A DNA stretch of 62,912 nucleotides, filler included, from Salisapilia sapeloensis CBS 127946 (Eukaryota > Protista > Oomycota), in assembly GCA_023334545.1 (NCBI GenBank). It is 5 parts of 5 records of this genome, joined end to end, with 100 filler letters (N's around TTAATTAATTAA, not from the genome) between each part and the next. Parts side by side here need not be neighbours in the genome. Positions count along the whole stretch, not along the records: positions 34,588 to 45,707 come from JAADVB010000436.1; 4 more parts are not named here. The stretch is one strand, 5' to 3'. The notes under the pieces are model-generated. The model did not search any database. It was given only the letters and a program-made list of their open reading frames with translations, and had not been told where the DNA came from. How positions within the stretch are numbered: the stretch's first letter is position 1; every line of letters begins with the position of its first letter. Positions 35,332-45,807 of the stretch are shown one piece after another. The translations under genes and the position numbers were made by a program.

Positions 35332-38300
35332 TTAAAATCCGAGCGTCGCTCGCATCGAGCCATTGCGTCGCACATCTTCCGACTGGCGTTCCTCCGAACT
35401 GTCATCTCGCGGTGACGTCGCATTGAGAATCATATCACTAAAGTACGCATGCGCACGTTGCAGCGTCTGGACCCACGCCTCTCGCTCCGTTTCAGACGTC
35501 GCGACGAACCGCGTCTGGTGCGTCGGGCTGCTCAGAATAAACTCGTTCGGTTTCCCGACATCCGGCCCGTGGAGAATCTCGAGCTCCAAGTGGAACAACG
35601 GGATCGACCCACGCGGTTCACGATCACCCTGGCGTTTGTAGTAGCGAAAGTATCCTGCAGGATCGATCGTACACCAGCGAGAGCGACTACCTGTCAGCCG
35701 CACGCCGCCAAAGACGCTCTTTTCATTCGAGATACTCGGGAACTTTTTCAACATGCCGCTCTTGGCCGGCATCGCTCCTGTCTCTTCCTTGGCTTCATAC
35801 TCTGGTGTCGATGCAACTGATGGAGCCTGGTACGACCGCGGAGACGTACTTGTCGAGTTGTCTGGAGATAGAATCGCTTCCGAAGGTCGAAGATCCACCG
35901 ACGATCGAGCGTCCGAGTCTCGAGACGCAGCCTGCATCGCCATTGTACGCGTCTTGCCTTGCACCGCTAGTGCCGACTTGCCGACTTCCTGATACTCATC
36001 CTGCACGCGCTTCATCTCGTCCTTCAGCTGCGCTCGTTTGTCTCCTAATTGCGCCGCCAGGGCGTTATCTCCGTCGCGACTCGCCTGCGCGAGCTGCGTC
36101 ACGGTTTCATGCAGTCTCGACCGGAGTGCCGACAGCTTTCCCTGCAGCTTGGCAGCCTCACTCTCTCGCATCTGAGGCGTAAGGCCCGTGACACTACCCG
36201 TGCTGCCTTTACTCGAGTCTCGATTCAAGGACGGTGGACCTCTGTCCATCTCTTGCTTGAGCTTTTCCAGTTTATCCTCAAGCTCCCGAATCTCGTCTTT
36301 CAGTCCCGCACGCTTGATCGACAAGTTGTCTGCACGACTCGAGTCACCACTCTTACTCGCAGAAGCAATGGCTTGCACCGTTTCTTTCAGTTCCTGCTTG
36401 AGTTTATTGATCCGATGTTCCGTCTTGTCATGTTCGACACTAGATGTCTTCATGCTCGATGACCGCATGCTCGACCATAAAAGGTTATAGCCTAGACGTT
36501 CATTCGCTGGGCTACTACTAGAGAAGGAAGCGGATGTACGACTAGATAGATCACGAAGTAGGGAGCTGTCGAGGTTCAATTCCTCGAGTTTCGCCGCAAG
36601 CTCTTGCTTGGTGCTCTTCATCGAGCTCTTCACCTGCTTCTGCTGTGCCGTGATCTCCTTCACTTTCTCTTCATCGCCTTGTGTACGTGCCTTGGAGAGC
36701 GTCACGACGAGCTCTCGTAGCTGCTGTCGTAGCGTCACGAGCTGCTGCTCCAATGCAACGACGTGCGGCGGTTTCTCATCGCTGCTGACGCTACGAGCGA
36801 TACGTTCCGGCGCGATCATCGCCTCCCACTCCGTCAGTTGGTCCTGCGTCTGCTTCAGTTCGTACTGAAGACTGTCACGCTTTATCCTTAGACTGTCCAT
36901 ACTCGGCTGATGTCCTTCTGCCGTCGCCTTGGATAGTTGCTCTGTCGTCGTCTGCACCTCAGAGCGTAGCGACTTAAGACGTAGCTGTAGTTCCTGATAT
37001 TTGTTCACATTCTCACTCGAAGCATGGCTTTCTGCATCGTACGAACTGCTTCGATCATCAAATGCTGCGAGCTGCTCTTGTGCCTGCCGTAGCTCATCCT
37101 TAATCTCCGCGCGTCTCGTAGCGAGCTCTAGCGCCTGCTCCGTGTCGTTCTCAGTAGTCGCCTTGGCCATCCTAGTGACCGTCTCATGCAGCATGTTCCT
37201 TAGCTCTTGCACTCGACTCTCGACCTCATCTCTTCCCTGCGGCGCCATGGACATTCTCCGACTCTGTCTCTCTGCTTCCTCCCGCTCTCTGTCCTGCAGC
37301 TCCTGGATCTCATCCTTGAGCTCTGCACGTCGAATGGACAGTTCGTCCATCTTATCATCATCATCGTCCTCTGCTGCTTGTGCGATGCCTTGCACCACTT
37401 GCTTGAGCTCTTGCTTGAGTTTATCGAGCTCTGACTCTTCATACGGAGCGTACGGAGCGATGGAAGCACGAGAGATACCTTCGGTAGCTTCTCTCAACTC
37501 CTTTCGTAGCTGCGAGATCTTACCTTCCAATAGGTTGTGCTGGAAAAGAGGTTCGTGACTGGCACTCGGCACATCAAAGTCACTCGCTTTCACCAGACGA
37601 TCGTCTTCGTGTTGGAATTTAGACTGGAGGTTCTGTAGTTCATCCATAGCGGTCGAGAGATCATCCTTAAGACGAGCACGACGGGTGGATAAGTGCTGTA
37701 CACTCGCTCTATCGCCTTCGCTTGCGGCCTTGGCCATGGCCGTGACAGTCTTGTGCAAGTTCTTTCGCAAGAGACCGACTTTGCTTTCCAAAAAGACGAG
37801 CTGCGGAGGCTTTGCGCCACTGAGAATGTCTTCCTCTCGCCTCGAAGCAGCGTCCACAACGTCCATTTGTTTCTTAAACTCATGAATTTCAGACTCGACG
37901 AACTGTGCACGTTCTTCCTCTTCATCCAGCTCCATCTCCAGCTGTTCATACCTGACGCGAATACGATCCAAGAGCTGTGCACGTGTATTCACTTCTCCAT
38001 CGAGCGAGTCACGAGAGAATGTGACACCGAGGTAGGATGAGTTAAAGACATCGTGCTCATCATCCATATCAAACTGTTTATCAAGTTCTTGCTGCAAGAG
38101 ATCGAGTTGTGCCTGTAGCTCCGCTCTCTTCTTTCTTAATCCTTCATTCTCCTTGACGCTGTCTTCGATTTCCATTTCTAAATCTCGATTCCGAGCAGCG
38201 AGTTCATCAGCTCGGACGATCTCAAAGGATTCAATGTCACCCCGAAGGATCTCGTCTAATTGACCGATGAAATGATGCAGACGCTTCTCATCTTCAAACA

Positions 38301-39747
38301 GTGTCTCGAGCTCCTTTTGCATCCGTTCGTGACGTTGAGAAGCGGATTGGATGCCAGACTCTAGTAGAGACGTTTTATAATCGACTTCGTCTTTCGAATC
38401 GTGCATCGTCCGGAGTTTCACTCGACCGACTTCGACGTGCAGCTCAAAGGCGACGAGTAACTCGACGAGATCATCCTTGAGGACCTTTTGCTTCTCCCGA
38501 GCTTTACGAGCCTTCTTCTGTGCACGCGTCTCGACTTCCGTCGGGACTTCACTCGCACGTCCGATGATGCCTTTGGACGTGTCTGCAAATTTCAGTCGGA
38601 TCGGACGAGCGTAGCGTTGGATGCGGTCCATGATCTCGTGGAAAGTGTAGCCTGTGAGAGGGACGTCGTCCATGGCTGTGACGCGAAGACCCGGCTTAAG
38701 CTTCTTCTCTGGCTTGACACTCCAGTTGTAGATCTCTGCGGCACTCGCGACGCCGTTCGAGTACTTGTGCACTTGCACGATCTGAGCGATGAGGTCCGTG
38801 AACTCGACGCCAGGCTCGCCACGTATCGGCTGGATATCTAGACCGAGTTTACCTGGACCAAAGGACACTTCGACTTCATGAACCCATCGGTACATGACGC
38901 CGGTGCGCATGGGCGGTCGAATCCATTGCGTCTGTCCGTATGGCGACACGTAGTAGGTTTTTCCATTGTTCGAGCGACTTACTCGAGTGGACCAGCCTTT
39001 CGGTAGGACGAGGATCTCTCCGGATTCGAGTAGCTCGGCAGACTGACAAGGAAGCGTCTTGCGGAGTTTCTCCACGAGCTTTTCATCGTCTGCCTTGTCC
39101 TCCTCTCGCTTCGACATGATCTCCGTCGCGCTGATGCGGACAAAGGAAGACTGTGGTGTACTCTCCTCTTTACTCGTCTCTGTCTCTGTCTCTGTCTCTG
39201 TTTCGGTCTCTTCAGGTGCTTCTTGCGTGTCGTCTTCCTTGGTGTCGTCCTGACTGATTCCATCGTGTCCATCATCTGATTCATGTTGATCCTTCATGTC
39301 TGATTCTTCCTTTTCATCCGTTTCCTGTGTTTCCGCGTCTTCTTTTTCCATCTCGACATTGACGTAGTCGTCATCTACACTGTCCTCTGCTTTCTCTCCG
39401 TCAGCTTCTTCGTCCGAAGACAAGTCATGGTCATTCTCAGATAATCGAAGGGCGTCGGATGCAATGGAGACTGTGCGAGTGGTATTTATGAGTCCATCCC
39501 CAAAGTTATCCAAGTCATCTTCGTTCGAATCATCGGCATGGACGTTTCTACGAGGCGTTTTCGGTGCTTCCATCTCGTCATGAGATTCTCCATCCTTACT
39601 CTCATCGTCTGTATGTTCATTTTCAAACGACGCCTCGTGTGCATACGCCGTTGGCGTGGTGGATGCCACAGGGGATGATACGGGCATCTCTTCTTCCGTC
39701 CTTGGTGTAGCTGCAGGCTTGACCCCCACCGGCAGCGGTGTCTCCAT
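35332..39747 (-). CDS. WW + PDZ-like + coiled-coil/helical-hairpin repeats + PH scaffold protein, 1471 aa
   Basis: WW LPKGWSTRVSRSNNGKTYYVSPYGQTQWIRP; PDZ-like FGPGKLGL...RPIRLKF; C-terminal PH KSGMLKK...SRWCTI...EREAWVQTL. First ATG is at 39747. Confidence 0.85.
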   Translation of the reverse strand: METPLPVGVKPAATPRTEEEMPVSSPVASTTPTAYAHEASFENEHTDDESKDGESHDEMEAPKTPRRNVHADDSNEDDLDNFGDGLINTTRTVSIASDALRLSENDHDLSSDEEADGEKAEDSVDDDYVNVEMEKEDAETQETDEKEESDMKDQHESDDGHDGISQDDTKEDDTQEAPEETETETETETETSKEESTPQSSFVRISATEIMSKREEDKADDEKLVEKLRKTLPCQSAELLESGEILVLPKGWSTRVSRSNNGKTYYVSPYGQTQWIRPPMRTGVMYRWVHEVEVSFGPGKLGLDIQPIRGEPGVEFTDLIAQIVQVHKYSNGVASAAEIYNWSVKPEKKLKPGLRVTAMDDVPLTGYTFHEIMDRIQRYARPIRLKFADTSKGIIGRASEVPTEVETRAQKKARKAREKQKVLKDDLVELLVAFELHVEVGRVKLRTMHDSKDEVDYKTSLLESGIQSASQRHERMQKELETLFEDEKRLHHFIGQLDEILRGDIESFEIVRADELAARNRDLEMEIEDSVKENEGLRKKRAELQAQLDLLQQELDKQFDMDDEHDVFNSSYLGVTFSRDSLDGEVNTRAQLLDRIRVRYEQLEMELDEEEERAQFVESEIHEFKKQMDVVDAASRREEDILSGAKPPQLVFLESKVGLLRKNLHKTVTAMAKAASEGDRASVQHLSTRRARLKDDLSTAMDELQNLQSKFQHEDDRLVKASDFDVPSASHEPLFQHNLLEGKISQLRKELREATEGISRASIAPYAPYEESELDKLKQELKQVVQGIAQAAEDDDDDKMDELSIRRAELKDEIQELQDREREEAERQSRRMSMAPQGRDEVESRVQELRNMLHETVTRMAKATTENDTEQALELATRRAEIKDELRQAQEQLAAFDDRSSSYDAESHASSENVNKYQELQLRLKSLRSEVQTTTEQLSKATAEGHQPSMDSLRIKRDSLQYELKQTQDQLTEWEAMIAPERIARSVSSDEKPPHVVALEQQLVTLRQQLRELVVTLSKARTQGDEEKVKEITAQQKQVKSSMKSTKQELAAKLEELNLDSSLLRDLSSRTSASFSSSSPANERLGYNLLWSSMRSSSMKTSSVEHDKTEHRINKLKQELKETVQAIASASKSGDSSRADNLSIKRAGLKDEIRELEDKLEKLKQEMDRGPPSLNRDSSKGSTGSVTGLTPQMRESEAAKLQGKLSALRSRLHETVTQLAQASRDGDNALAAQLGDKRAQLKDEMKRVQDEYQEVGKSALAVQGKTRTMAMQAASRDSDARSSVDLRPSEAILSPDNSTSTSPRSYQAPSVASTPEYEAKEETGAMPAKSGMLKKFPSISNEKSVFGGVRLTGSRSRWCTIDPAGYFRYYKRQGDREPRGSIPLFHLELEILHGPDVGKPNEFILSSPTHQTRFVATSETEREAWVQTLQRAHAYFSDMILNATSPRDDSSEERQSEDVRRNGSMRATLGF
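39176..39210 (-). repeat. (GAGACA)n-type hexamer repeat encoding (ET)n
   Basis: gtctct units on the plus strand; translates to ETETETETETET. Confidence 0.8.
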
Positions 39748-39930
39748 GACCACCTTCTTTCGTTTGTTTGTATGCAAATAGGTTTGTGGACATATTATTG
39801 GATGAAATAGATATTCGTGCGATAGGATTGGATAAAATAAGTTCAAGATGGACTGATACCGCTCGGACACATCACGCATCTAGATGGTGGATCGATCGGG
39901 TCGTCCAAGATTCTTTTTCTGTATTTCATG

Positions 39931-41192
39931 TTACACGGATGGAAAGTCGACGAGCGTATAGCCTTCGCTGCATTCACTCGACTTGGTCGCCGCTTCCAAC
40001 GGTTCTTCATCATCGACCGGGAGATGTTCGGGCTGGAGAGGTTGGACACGAGGGGCTGGCAGGCGAGTTTCACGCACGTACTGGCATAGAGAAAAGATCT
40101 CGTTTTCGACCGAATGGTGTTTCGGTAGTTTGATCAGCAGGATTTTCGTCTGGAACGACCGATTGGCTTCGGCTAGAATGGGAATTAGAAATTGGAAATC
40201 GAAAATAGCCATGAGAAACGTACTGCGAGATGGCATCTTGTAGAACTGGCACATCGTGTGCACTAGCAGACGATGGAATGGAGAGTCCATGAGTGGAAGA
40301 CATAAGCGGACACTTCCATCTTTCGCATTCACAAGTTGTAACGGATGGACGAGTGTTCGCAAGAAGGCTGGAGGGATCTCAACCTGAGATGGAAGTTCCT
40401 GCCATTGGAGGAAGTGGGTGAGGACGTACTCGACACCCATGAGAAATGGTTCCATGCGGCGGTAGGAGCGCACGAGAGCGACACGAGATTGGCGATCGAT
40501 CCCCAAGAGCAAGTCTTTCGCATCTAATTCCAAAAGTAGCCCATTAGACTGAGAGAAAACATAAAAGATAGTTAAAAAGTACTCTTCTGACGATCTTTTT
40601 GCTTGCGCATGGAAGAGGGTGGAACATACCCTTCACGGAACGTCTCCTGTGCAGTCACATTCTTAGACTCGGCTAGATTCTGGAACTCGGATCTGAGCAG
40701 GTGGGTTACTGGTCTGGCTACTTTGAGAGTATGCTAGTGAAACCTACTTCCACTCGACGTTAATGGTCATGTGCTCCATCAAGTCTTCCAATCCAGTAGC
40801 AGCTTTGCCATTGCCGAAATGGTGGTCTAGCATATAAATTTAGAATCTTCCTACTCGAATCTGCACACACGGAAGAAACCATTGAGCCAGCGCTGTTGCT
40901 TGCGACGACCGGCAGGGAGTTCATTCGGTCGCACCAAGTATGCAGGAGATCTCGCTCGATCAATGTTAACCATCCGTTCCAGTCGTCTCTGCGAAACAAC
41001 AGGCGCACCGATCATCGCCGACCCGTTCTTCACTTCACTGGGTACATGATGCGGCGTCAAGGGTCCTTCGTGCCACGCTGACTCGAGTTCCGAGTCACTC
41101 TCGTGCAAAGAGCTAACCTCCGAGTCACTCGCAACTGATAGCGCTGGGTCGTCCGCAGACGCAGCGTGTAGTACTTCCGCCATGTCTCTCAT
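39931..41192 (-). CDS. R3H-assoc + R3H domain protein (R3HDM4-like), about 347 aa
   Basis: Exons 41192-40880, 40826-40748, 40692-40583, 40523-40224, 40172-39931. GRRKQQRWLND and SPFHRLLVHTMCQFY..SRT (RxxxH). Confidence 0.75.
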
Positions 41193-41480
41193 CCTGAGCC
41201 GTGTTCTTCTTCGAGTTAAGTCGCTTAATGACCGTTAAGCGTCTTCCTAGGTGACGCGAAGGTTGCAGAAACGTTGTAGGAAGACCTTCATTCACTCCTT
41301 CTCTTCTATAAAGGTTTTACTTGTTAATAGGATAAATTTAACCTTGTAGGAAGGATCTACTTGTATATTTGTTCGGTTGGCTGGAAAACGTTCCTCGTGG
41401 GTTGTTTGGCGTCATTTTCAGATTTGGTGGAGCTAGTCCATTTGACCTCGCTGAGAAGCTAACTTTTAAACTCGTCAACA

Positions 41481-42065
41481 ATGGTTTCCTCGAAGAAGAC
41501 GGTATGGAAAGATTCGCGTTACGAATTCCGTTGAGGAAGGACACGCATCAATGACCACGAGTCTTCCCATGTCGTTGGATGAGGATGGAGAGTGTATGGA
41601 CACTTTGCCACCACGCAGATGATGGGCATTGATGATGAACCTTCCTCTTGGAGCGGCACAGGACAGTGTATTAATATTATTTTCCCATGAGCAGAAGAAG
41701 TCGATGGAGAACATCAACTCCCGCCTCCAGCTTGTCATGCGTTCCGGTAAGGTCGCGCTTGGCTACAAGCAGACGCTCAAGAGCCTCCGCTCTGGCAAAG
41801 GTACTTTTGACTATTTCTATAATGCTCCTACGTGTCCATACTTATGCTGTCGACAATAGCCAAGCTTGTGATCATGGCTTCGAACACGCCTCCTCTCCGT
41901 AAGAGCGAGATCGAGTACTACTCTATGCTTGCTAAGACTGGTGTGCACCACTTCGGTGGCTCGAACAACGACCTCGGTACGGCCTGCGGTAAATACTTCC
42001 GCGTCTCGTGCATGTGCGTCCTCGACGCTGGTGACTCGGACATCCTTCGCACGGCCACGGACTAA
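41481..42065 (+). CDS. RPL30: 60S ribosomal protein L30 (eL30), 110 aa
   Basis: Exons 41481-41501, 41695-41800, 41860-42065. [37 protein letters not shown]. Confidence 0.97.
41533..41647 (+). ncRNA. Candidate structured RNA element in RPL30 intron 1 (unclassified)
   Basis: Two in-register perfect 8-bp helices (41533-40/41640-47 and 41546-53/41627-34) plus an internal hairpin at 41591-41604, in an intron about three times the local norm. Folded by eye only. Confidence 0.4.
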
Positions 42066-42267
42066 GCGTAGAGGAAGCCCATTTGTTTTACCATACTAAA
42101 ACAAAGATAAATTGTTGGCACCACCACTCACGTTCGATTTTCCATCTTGCCACCTCTAGTTTCGAAAATACAGTTTTTGCTCGATATCTCGAAATAATAC
42201 GTTCGTTTCTACCCGTGTCCCGTATTATATCGACTTTCGTTCGTGCGAACTACCAAATCGCGTAAAA

Positions 42268-45200
42268 ATGACCGATACCATGCAACGACAGGAGATGGCC
42301 CAGCGGTGGGTCGAGATGGTACTCGGGGAACGGCCGCACGAGAACTTCCCTGTCGCACTCTACTCTGGCGATCGACTTTGTAGCCTCGTCAATAAAATTT
42401 ATCGGGCTCTTGGACGGAATATACGTGTTGGACCGCGAGCAAATAAAGCCCGTCGAGACGAAGCTCCCCCGGCGAATGAACAGGAGGCAGAAGCCAGAGC
42501 TCGACGGCATGTGGAGGAATACCTCGAGTGAGTTGCATGAATCCTATTGCTGTCAATGTATTTATTTACGTACGTGCTAGAGCGTGTTCGTCATTGGGGG
42601 TACAGGAGGGGGAATTATTCGATGCTGATGATCTGCTCAAGTTCGAAAACTTGGAAAAAGGTATACACACGTACACTGTCTAGACACGTGCGTTCCTTTA
42701 CATGCATATTAGTCTATACGAATATACTGGCCTTGCAGTCCGTGGCCATGAACTTGTCGTACCGTCGATCACTCGAAGACCGTCATTCGAATCCTTCCGA
42801 CCACACCGTACACCTTTCATATATCCACTTCTATGCTCGTACTAAGATGATGGAAACTGTAGGAAGGCTCATCCGAGACACATACAGGTCGGAATAGCAG
42901 ACTAGACCATGCGCTCTTAACAAACATATCATGGTACGACCTCTTAAGCCAGTATGAATCAGCCATCGACCGGCACTATTGGCCCACTCCACGTGGTCAC
43001 TACGGCTCGTCTGCGCAGATCAGTTCTGGTATGGGTCAGGCAGCGCATGACTTGTGGCGAGTGGAAGAGCGTATCCGAATGGCATTGACGCAAGACCCGA
43101 AGACTTCTGGCGTCCCGACAGAGTTGCATGGCAGGCTCTGGATGCTCGCATCAGGTGCATACGTCTTACAGAGAGTAACAAGGGGCAAATACGACGAGCT
43201 ATCAACAGCTTCGGTGGATGATTCCGAAGCTGTCAAGGAGATTGATGCAGATTTAAACCGTACCGTGTCACTACAAGACCGAGAGTCGTGGACATGTGAA
43301 CAGACAGATAGGATGCGTCGAGTGCTGGTAGCCTATTCACAGTTCAATCCGACGCTTGGGTACTGCCAAGGTCTCAACTGTGTTGTTGCGAGGGCATTGC
43401 AGTTCTTATCGGAAGAACAGGCGTTCTATCTCCTCGTAAAGGTCGTGGAGATGATGCCAGAGGATTATTACACGACCATGCTCGGCCTCGCCATCGACCA
43501 GCACGTGTACGCGGATCTAGTGCGCGTGGAACTGCCCGATGTCGTGGAGCACATGACGTCGCTGGGTGGATCTGGCATGGAGCTGTCGCTTGCATGCACC
43601 GAGTGGTTCCTCACGGCCTTTGCCAGTCCGTGCTCTAAGGAAGTGACGACGGAGATCTGGGACCGCATCTTCCTCTTTGGCAATAGCGTGCTCTTCCACG
43701 CTGCCTTATCGTTAATGCGCATGGAGAAGACGCGTTTCCTCGATACGAATAACATGGGCGACATGCTCAAGGTCTTAAATGAGCTCGGACAGCCGAGTAT
43801 CACTGCTCAGGCACTCATCGAGGACTGTAGCGCACATGACAGGGTCGCTACATCTCGTCTGGATGATTTACGAGCGCACCATCGATTGCAACTCGCATCT
43901 ACGATCGCAACGCAGCTACCTGACACGACATCCGATGCTCCTCTTCACGTCACGGAGCAGAATAAACGTCGGTTTACGAAACACAACAAGAACGTACGTG
44001 TAGGGTACACGCAGGATCGAACGATCAGTGATGATCAGCTAGTCAAGATGCAGCAGAGTGATCCGAACACGACGCAGTTTTATCCCGAAAGACCTTTTGA
44101 GATCGTCGACGAATACTGGGGTAGCGCCCAGTACGGATCACTATGGGAGACAGTGGATGTGCGTCTGCTATCGAGCCCGACGGATGACAAGTCAGTCGAC
44201 TCGGACAACCTCGTGACGATCTCGGAAAGTGAGCACCAGTCTGTGAACTCGGAGCCTCAAGGTCGAGGCAGTAGGCACTCTCGTCATTCATCTCGAGAAC
44301 GGAGGAGGAAGAGCAGTGCGATTCCTCTCATGCAGTCGAAGCGAGTGAAGAGCGACGGACAGAGGAAGAAGAAGGAGAAGGAGAAGAAATCTGGGCAGGA
44401 GACGCCGTTAAAGTCGCCTATCAACTTTCTCCATCGACTGGGCGAATGGTCGCAGAGTCTAAAGCAGCAGAAGCAACGACGGAAGACAAAGAAGATATCG
44501 ACGAACATTAGTAGACAGAGTCTTCCGCATACAAAGCATGATACGGTCGGATGGGATGTAGAGAATGAGCGGAGTAAGAGTGTGTATGACATTTCCGATC
44601 GGAGTGCCGAAACAGAGGTGGACCATAGCCAGCGCGAGTCGGAGACGCCAGTCATGAAAGGCTTAGCGGCCAAAGTCGAGATGGCTGACTTATCGACTCC
44701 GGACGATGCGAATGACAAGATGCCGAGTCCATTGAATCTACCATCTGCCGGCAATCACGCTGGTCTCGTCCGATCCCAAGGCACGCTTCTGGAGCACTCG
44801 AGCTACGAAGACTTGATGCGGACGTTTGCAGAGTCTCGCTTCCGGCATGCACCATCGTCTCTATATGGTACACGCAGCGTTCGTAGTGGCGTGAATGCTC
44901 GATCGACAGCACTTCGAGATCGAGCACAAGTCGTGTCGTACCTGAGTCGTAAAGCAAGTGACGCATCGAGTTTATCTATGTCTCGAAGTCCCGTTGGGTT
45001 GGACACGTCGAGATTTAGTGAGACGTCCAGTGGCTCCCAACGACTGAGTGACCGGATGAACCTTTCAAATCGCAAGAGCTCGTTCCCGTTCTTTGATAAG
45101 CTCTCGTTTGAAGTGGAACAGAGCGTAGATGAGATTCGAAATAGTGTCCAGAGCGAACTGGGGGCACCCGTGACGGAAGAGGAAATTGATGTTGATGAGA

Positions 45201-45277
45201 TGGACGCGACGAGCTCTACGTACCCGTTGCCAGGGATGAGAGAAGCTGTGTTGGTCGAGGAGAGTAAAGAAGCGTGA
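42268..45277 (+). CDS. Calponin-homology (CH) + Rab-GAP TBC domain protein, about 949 aa
   Basis: Exons 42268-42527, 42581-42660, 42713-42807, 42863-45277, in frame. CH motifs (WVEMVLG, LYSGDRLCSLVN, LGV...LFDADDL); TBC IDADLNRT and GYCQGLN. Confidence 0.85.
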
Positions 45278-45567
45278 AACGATAGTGTTTTGATCTGTTT
45301 CGTATCTGGTATGCTTTTGTATCTTTCCCACATGACGCTTGACTGACGACTACGAGGTTGCTTATAGCTTGACTATAGGTTAATGATCGCGCAATCGTCT
45401 GAAACACGGACAACCACGATAACATTCCCATGGTCTCAATTAAGATGCATGGATCCTTCTCTCTATTTTAGCATATAGTTGTATAGGACTATTCGGCGCA
45501 TGTCAGGTAGATAGACAGATAAGTGTTTGACCAGTCAAGCTCTGCTTTCAGTATTATATTTGCATCG

Positions 45568-45707
45568 ATGCTACGGTCAGCACGTTCAATTGCTCGCGCC
45601 GTGCCACGGACATCGTTGTCCCGGTTCTCTCGGGCAGCCTGCTCGTTCCTTCCGAACGCGAATGTCGCGCGCAGTTTCTCCGCCGGCACGCAGGCCATTG
45701 AAATGGC
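45568..45707 (+). CDS. 5' fragment of a probable mitochondrial precursor protein, truncated by the gap
   Basis: MLRSARSIARAVPRTSLSRFSRAACSFLPNANVARSFSAG is R/S/A-rich with no acidic residues and an RxF|S-type cleavage motif. The mature part is not visible. Confidence 0.55.
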
Positions 45708-45807
45708 NNNNNNNNNNNNNNNNNNNNNNNNNNNNNNNNNNNNNNNNNNNNTTAATTAATTAANNNNNNNNNNNNNNNNNNNNNNNNNNNNNNNNNNNNN
45801 NNNNNNN
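45708..45807. other. Artificial contig spacer
   Basis: 44N-TTAATTAATTAA(45752-45763)-44N. Confidence 0.97.
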
